A DNA stretch of 64,000 bases from a bacterium (GTDB lineage: Bacteria; Pseudomonadota; Alphaproteobacteria; Rhizobiales; JAKIUO01): positions 2,491 through 66,490 of the forward strand of contig JAAETJ010000391.1 of assembly GCA_024228495.1 (NCBI GenBank). The letters run 5' to 3'. Under the pieces are notes generated by a model, which worked only from the letters and a program-made list of their open reading frames with translations, made no database searches and was not told the DNA's origin. The position numbers and the translations under genes are program-made. This document shows, piece by piece, positions 58,957-64,000 of the stretch. Numbering within the stretch: the stretch's first letter is position 1; each line of letters starts with the position of its first letter.

Positions 58957-60891
58957 ATGGACAATTCATTGATCTGGCTGCTGATTCCAGGCACATTAGC
59001 GATCTTCTACTATGTGTGGGTCAGCGTCCAATATCGCTATTTGAGCTATGATTTGGTTGAGTATCTACTGGCTGGCAAGCGCGTTTCAAGTACACGCTTT
59101 ATACTTGCCAGTACCACTGTGACCTTGCTTGGGGTGATGAGCCTGCCGCATATGGGCCTGTTCTATCGAAGCGGCTTTTCCTATGGCTTTGCCGCCCTTG
59201 CTGTGATCATTGTGCCGCTGACCGCTGCCCTGTTTGCCAAACGCATCTGGATCCTTGGACGCATTTTCAATCCTCTGACCTCCACGCAACTGCTCGGTGA
59301 TTACTACCGCTCAAATGGCATACGCCTAGTCACAGCCCTCACGGCAATCCTCATAGCCCTCACGCTAACCATTATGAGCCTGCGCTTTGGCGCTTCGCTG
59401 ACAGCTGCTCTACCCGGAACCAGCTCATTGATCTCTTTAATGACAATGACTTTGATGTCGGCATTATTGTTTTTCCACGCTGCTTTTGGGGGTATGGGGG
59501 CCATCATGCGAGTTGCCGCTCCCGCTGGTATTGCGCTCATACTCGCGCTGATTGTCGCGACCCTCGTTTGCATTGATGCTCTGGGTGGCTTTGCCAGCTT
59601 GATTGATGAACTAGGCAATTTACAAAAAGATCAGATCAACGCGCCCCTGTTCGCTCCAGGCGCTTTGTACGATCCACTACCCGCAGCTGCACCGACCAAT
59701 ATTTCATGGCCAGGAACAATGATCCTGACCAGCCTGCTGGCGCTGATGGGGCTGGCCAGCACTCCAGCCACCATCATGATCAACTTTACCGCTGCCAAAG
59801 GGCGCGCTCATGCCCCGCAGCAATTCTTTGCCGCCGCGTTGATGAGCGGGCTTGTGCTGTTCACCACGACCATCATCATTGCTCTGGCAGCCCGCATGGC
59901 GCACAAGATACCGGATCTGGGAGCCACGAACCCGGTTGGTCCCTTGAGCGCTGGCAGCGAACCACACGCAATCATGTCTCTCTTGTTGGCGACCCCCCTT
60001 GGCAACCCCCTTGTATTGGGGTTTATTACCTTTGTCCTATTGGCGGGATTGGTTGCCAGCACCTCAGCCGCCCTGCTCACTGCCGGGGCCACTATTGCCA
60101 ATGATATTTTTTATGAAAAGCTGAAGTGCTCCCACCTACCGACCTTTCGAAAATCCATCACCCGTTTTTCAATTGGCTTACTTCTCGGTGTGGCGCTTCT
60201 GATTGCCTGGCAAAAACCTGATGATCCCCTGCCCTTGTTTCTATTGGCAGGCGCTTTTGGTCTGCAATTATTGCCAGCCCTTGTCGGGCTTTGCTATTTT
60301 CCCTCGTTAGGTGGCAAAGCCGTTCGCGATGGCGTACTCGCTGGCCTCGCAGGAGTCGTTGCGACCAGCATGATCCCGCAAGGTCTGACAGAAATATTTG
60401 GCATAAATCTGCCATTTGACGCGTGGCCACTTTCCCTGCATCCAGCTTTCTGGGGCCTGGCTGCCAATTGCGGCGTGCTCTTGCTGAACGGTCTGTTTGG
60501 CCTGCTAACGCAAAAAGCCGCGCAACACAAACAATCGCTTGCCCACCAGCTATCCTATCATGTATTGCCGGACGGCAAACCCTTGATGGCTCCCTATGCA
60601 CGCATATGGTGGCTGGTTGCTTTACTGGCTGCTGGTTTGTTTGTCCTGACCATCGCTGTACCTCTCGGCGCCCTTCCTCTAAGTGGTTTTGTGCTTCACG
60701 ATATATTCCCCTCGGTCATGCCGCCCCTGTGGATCTGGCAGATTTTGTCATGGATTATTGGCCTCGCCCTTGTCTATATCGCTGCCTACAAGCTACAACC
60801 CATATTCGATCCCGAGCAGGCTCTTGATGGCTCGCTCGATCCCCTAAGGCGCCGCTTTCGCGTTAAGGCTCAGTCACGCAAACACGTTTAA
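58957..60891 (+). CDS. Sodium:solute symporter-family (SSF-like) transporter
   Basis: EYLLAGKRVSS.RF.LAST..T...(SSF N-terminal pattern), PLTSTQLLGDYY. About 13-14 hydrophobic segments. Confidence 0.65.
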   Translation: MDNSLIWLLIPGTLAIFYYVWVSVQYRYLSYDLVEYLLAGKRVSSTRFILASTTVTLLGVMSLPHMGLFYRSGFSYGFAALAVIIVPLTAALFAKRIWILGRIFNPLTSTQLLGDYYRSNGIRLVTALTAILIALTLTIMSLRFGASLTAALPGTSSLISLMTMTLMSALLFFHAAFGGMGAIMRVAAPAGIALILALIVATLVCIDALGGFASLIDELGNLQKDQINAPLFAPGALYDPLPAAAPTNISWPGTMILTSLLALMGLASTPATIMINFTAAKGRAHAPQQFFAAALMSGLVLFTTTIIIALAARMAHKIPDLGATNPVGPLSAGSEPHAIMSLLLATPLGNPLVLGFITFVLLAGLVASTSAALLTAGATIANDIFYEKLKCSHLPTFRKSITRFSIGLLLGVALLIAWQKPDDPLPLFLLAGAFGLQLLPALVGLCYFPSLGGKAVRDGVLAGLAGVVATSMIPQGLTEIFGINLPFDAWPLSLHPAFWGLAANCGVLLLNGLFGLLTQKAAQHKQSLAHQLSYHVLPDGKPLMAPYARIWWLVALLAAGLFVLTIAVPLGALPLSGFVLHDIFPSVMPPLWIWQILSWIIGLALVYIAAYKLQPIFDPEQALDGSLDPLRRRFRVKAQSRKHV

Positions 60892-60909
60892 AACGAAATT
60901 TGAGAAAAA

Positions 60910-62100
60910 ATGAAACAGATAGATGTGGCGATTATCGGCGCTGGAGCCGCTGGCATGATGTGCGCACTGGAAGCTCGCAAACGCAGACGCTCGGTGATCC
61001 TGCTCGACCATGCACAAAAAACCGGTGAAAAGATCCGCATCTCAGGAGGTGGTCGCTGCAACTTCACTAATATTGACGCGAGAGCCGATCGCTATCTATC
61101 AGCGAACCCGCATTTTTGCAAATCAGCCCTCAGGCGCTACACTCAGCATGATTTTATCCATATGGTCGAACGCCACAAGATCGACTGGTTTGAAAAAGCC
61201 GACAAACACGCAAGCGGCGCGCTGTTTTGTGAGAAATCGGCAACCCAGATTATCGACATGCTCTTGTCCGAGCTGTTTGATCTTGATGTGCATCCACAAC
61301 TAGAAAGCACCGTCAGCAATATCCGCCAAAATAAGGAGGGGTTTACGATCACGGTTGGATCAGATGACATCAATTGCGCATCGCTGGTTATCGCGACAGG
61401 GGGCAAGAGCATTCCCAAAATTGGCGCAACCGGTTTTGGCTTCAAGGTCGCGGAACAGTTCGGGATCAATATCATAGAGCCGCGCCCGGCGCTGGTTCCT
61501 TTAACCTTTGACGAAACCTTCCGGGCGGAACTCAAGCCCATGTCGGGTAGTTCGCTTGATATCATTGTCTCGTGCAACGGGCAAAGCTTTAAGGACGCCA
61601 TGCTGTTCACCCATCGCGGATTAAGCGGCCCGGCCATCCTGCAAATCTCATCCTTTTGGCGTGAGGGTGACGTTTTGCACATCAATATGCTACCTGATAC
61701 CGATCTTTTTGAAGTTTTTCGCAAAGCCCGCCAACGCAGCCCAAAAGCGGCTGTCCATAATGTGCTCTCTGGTCATCTGCAAAAGAAAATTGCTGCGCAT
61801 TTTTGCGACAAGGCAGGGCTCGAGGGCAATATGGCTGATCTTTCCGACAAGCGCCTGCGCGCCTTAAGCGATCTAATCACCAACTGGCAGATCAAACCCA
61901 CAGGATCAGAGGGCTACCGCACCGCCGAGGTCACACTTGGCGGCGTCGACACCAATGCACTGTCATCCAAGACCATGGAAGCCAACAAGATCAAGGGCCT
62001 CTATTTCATCGGTGAAGTGGTCGACGTCACCGGCTGGCTGGGTGGCTATAATTTCCAATGGGCCTGGAGCTCAGGCTGGTGCGCCGGGCAGTTTGTTTGA
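60910..62100 (+). CDS. HI0933/BaiN-family NAD(P)/FAD-dependent oxidoreductase
   Basis: VAIIGAGAAGMMCA, GEKIRISGGGRCNFTN, FTHRGLSGPA, GEVVDVTGWLGGYNFQWAW. Confidence 0.88.
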   Translation: MKQIDVAIIGAGAAGMMCALEARKRRRSVILLDHAQKTGEKIRISGGGRCNFTNIDARADRYLSANPHFCKSALRRYTQHDFIHMVERHKIDWFEKADKHASGALFCEKSATQIIDMLLSELFDLDVHPQLESTVSNIRQNKEGFTITVGSDDINCASLVIATGGKSIPKIGATGFGFKVAEQFGINIIEPRPALVPLTFDETFRAELKPMSGSSLDIIVSCNGQSFKDAMLFTHRGLSGPAILQISSFWREGDVLHINMLPDTDLFEVFRKARQRSPKAAVHNVLSGHLQKKIAAHFCDKAGLEGNMADLSDKRLRALSDLITNWQIKPTGSEGYRTAEVTLGGVDTNALSSKTMEANKIKGLYFIGEVVDVTGWLGGYNFQWAWSSGWCAGQFV

Positions 62101-62168
62101 GCGACAAGCCGGCGAAACTTGACGTTCCATATCATCACGGCCCACAGCTAGGGCAAGCCATGTGCATG

Positions 62169-62672
62169 TTACCCTTGCGGCTGCATCTCCTTCAACAGTT
62201 CATCGATGATAGCATAACCGCTGCCCCAGCCTTTGCCCATACCAGCCATCGAGGCTGCAAATCCGGCGACCTGCTCATCCGTGGCATCAATTGGGGTTTG
62301 TGACAGCCGCACATTGGTCTGCTCGCCCCGATCCTCAAAGGTCACCGTGGTCAAAAGCAGCGCTGGCCAATCCGGCATCATGGGGTTGGGGGCATCTTGC
62401 CAATCAGCATCAGTTGAAGAATGATGATGCCAGACCAATTTGGAGGGCGGCGTCACTTCCTTGAAAACGACTTTTTGGTAATGAGAATTTTCGCCCCATC
62501 TCATCTCGTTGAGCCATAGACCGCCCGGCTCCAGATCAAACTTGTGAATGATTGTTTCGGCGCCAGGCCCATACCATTTGTGCAAAATATCAGGATCCGT
62601 CCAGGCCCGCCACACGAGTTCGCGCGGCGCATCGAATAATCGATCTAAAATATATTCCGGGTGTTCAGTCAT
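62169..62672 (-). CDS. SRPBCC / AHSA1-domain protein
   Basis: RLFDAPRELVWRAWTDPDILHKWYGP signature. Co-oriented with and overlapping the ArsR gene. Confidence 0.85.
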   Translation of the reverse strand: MTEHPEYILDRLFDAPRELVWRAWTDPDILHKWYGPGAETIIHKFDLEPGGLWLNEMRWGENSHYQKVVFKEVTPPSKLVWHHHSSTDADWQDAPNPMMPDWPALLLTTVTFEDRGEQTNVRLSQTPIDATDEQVAGFAASMAGMGKGWGSGYAIIDELLKEMQPQG

Positions 62673-63036
62673 GGTCCTCTTCCTTCTTTTTGGCTCGTTT
62701 TAATTCGAGAAGGACGTCATCCAGCTGGTCAAAGCTCCTCCCCCAAAAAACCCGGAATTCCTCAAGCCAATTGACGGCGAGCGCCATATTGTCAGCTTGC
62801 AATCTCGCTGGTCGGCGCTGTTCATCCACACCGCGCGAAATCAATCCCGCCCGCTCCAGCACTTTCAAATGCCGAGAAACTGCTGGCTGGCTCATCTCGA
62901 ATGGTTTGGCAATGTCCTTGACTGAAGCCTCGCCATCGCTCAATCGCGACAGGATCGCCCGGCGTGTGGGATCAGCCAGCGCCGCAAAAATCGCATCAAG
63001 GCTCGAAGGGACACTTGTATAACCGGGCTGTTCCAT
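62665..63036 (-). CDS. ArsR/SmtB-family transcriptional regulator
   Basis: IFAALADPTRRAILSRLSDGEASVKDIAKPFEMSQPAVSRHLKVLERAGLI winged-HTH. Confidence 0.88.
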   Translation of the reverse strand: MEQPGYTSVPSSLDAIFAALADPTRRAILSRLSDGEASVKDIAKPFEMSQPAVSRHLKVLERAGLISRGVDEQRRPARLQADNMALAVNWLEEFRVFWGRSFDQLDDVLLELKRAKKKEEDHD

Positions 63037-63173
63037 AACATAATGGTTATATTAAAGGCACATATTGTCAAGAGGTTTTATAAAACGACGACCAGTAAAT
63101 CATGTCGATGATATGAGCTTTACTTTACTTTTTAAATGATTGAAGCTGTTTTGAAAATTCTTTGGAGAATAAA

Positions 63174-64000
63174 ATGGCCAAAGCTCAAAAACATATCCCG
63201 AGTGATCGCGAAAGCGCCTTTCTCGCGCACGTCGAAAATGCCAAATATGATCGCCAGATCATCACCGGTCTTAAAAAATTCATCGATGGCACGGTCCCTC
63301 AGGACTTACAGGGCTTTTACACGTCCGATGAGCTGCAAGCCATTGTCGAACTTGAAGGCAGCGAGCGCGACATTCAGGCCCGTATGCCCGTTAAAATCAC
63401 CCGGCATTATTTCGAGCAAGCGCAAAACAGTCCAGCCATGCAAACCTTGATCAAGGCGACCCCCAAAGAGACCTTTGATCTTGATGGTTCTCAAGACCCC
63501 GGCAAGCAAATGACCTTTAGCCCGGTAGAAGGGCTTATACACAAATATGAGCTTGGCCTCATCTATGTGGCCTCGACCTGCTCCGCTCATTGCCGGTTTT
63601 GCTACCGCGAAGAGCTGATCGCCAAAAAAGAAATCGAACGAGAGGATGGCACATCCTCCCCCAAAGGCCTCGCGCAAATTAGTGAAATCGTTGCCTACAT
63701 TGTTGAGCATAACCGGCTGGTTACACAAAATAACGGGCGTCACCCGCAATCAGGGCGCGAGAGGTTGCGTGAGATCTTGATGTCGGGCGGTGACCCGATG
63801 GTACTTGGCAACAAGAACCTTGCGCAATGGCTTGGGGCGCTGGCGCAAGCCGGGATCGAGTCTATTCGCATCGGCACCAAAGAGCTGGCCTTTTTCCCGC
63901 AACGCTTCGATGCCTCTTTCTTTGACATGCTCGACAATTTCCATAAAGCCTACCCGCAGGTCAATCTACGCATGATGGTGCATTTCAATCACCCGGATGA
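63174..64000 (+). CDS. KamA-family radical SAM protein (lysine 2,3-aminomutase-like), 3' end beyond the window
   Basis: Not in the ORF track (no stop in the window). ATG 63174 after GGAGAA. Translation contains MPVKITRHYF, SPVEGLIHKY, radical-SAM CSAHCRFCYR, ILMSGGDPM, IRIGTKELAFFPQRF. Confidence 0.85.
   Translation, partial: MAKAQKHIPSDRESAFLAHVENAKYDRQIITGLKKFIDGTVPQDLQGFYTSDELQAIVELEGSERDIQARMPVKITRHYFEQAQNSPAMQTLIKATPKETFDLDGSQDPGKQMTFSPVEGLIHKYELGLIYVASTCSAHCRFCYREELIAKKEIEREDGTSSPKGLAQISEIVAYIVEHNRLVTQNNGRHPQSGRERLREILMSGGDPMVLGNKNLAQWLGALAQAGIESIRIGTKELAFFPQRFDASFFDMLDNFHKAYPQVNLRMMVHFNHPD

Overview
The window reads as a chromosomal, mostly housekeeping segment of an alphaproteobacterium, probably Hyphomicrobiales-like. 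That placement is an inference from gene content: class I LysRS, a RegB/ActS-type kinase, a DnaA-domain-IV-only HTH next to a DUF6456-like gene, bpt, and a MoxR-DUF58-BatA_N/DUF4159 operon. About 60 protein genes are supportable. They include ttcA, bolA-grxD, ispB, ispE, moaB, fadH, parE, lysK, queC, queF, hemB, bpt, cca, galU, kpsF, an RND efflux pair, an EAL phosphodiesterase, TetR and ArsR regulators, and a partial KamA-family radical-SAM gene at the 3' edge that the ORF track misses. I found no tRNA, rRNA or CRISPR array. Scattered among the core genes are decay and mobility scars: dead IS630, ISAs1 and IS200 fragments, a multiply disrupted uracil-DNA-glycosylase-family pseudogene, and a 63-codon aquaporin Z stub. 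I did not find a clear-cut new multi-gene system such as a defence island. The best candidates for follow-up are listed here. (1) A PcfJ-like orphan sits beside the IS scars and overlaps ttcA by ATGA. (2) The DnaA-domain-IV-only gene has DnaA-box-like motifs and palindromes in its AT-rich upstream spacer. (3) A queC / orphan TM protein / YbiB(TrpD2)-like / queF arrangement. (4) An orphan ParA-like ATPase has a long acidic repetitive tail. (5) The uncharacterised four-gene MoxR module is interrupted by a ~100 bp palindromic element lying inside a 65-codon ORF that overlaps both neighbours by ATGA. All family assignments come from motifs read by eye, and start codons are provisional.
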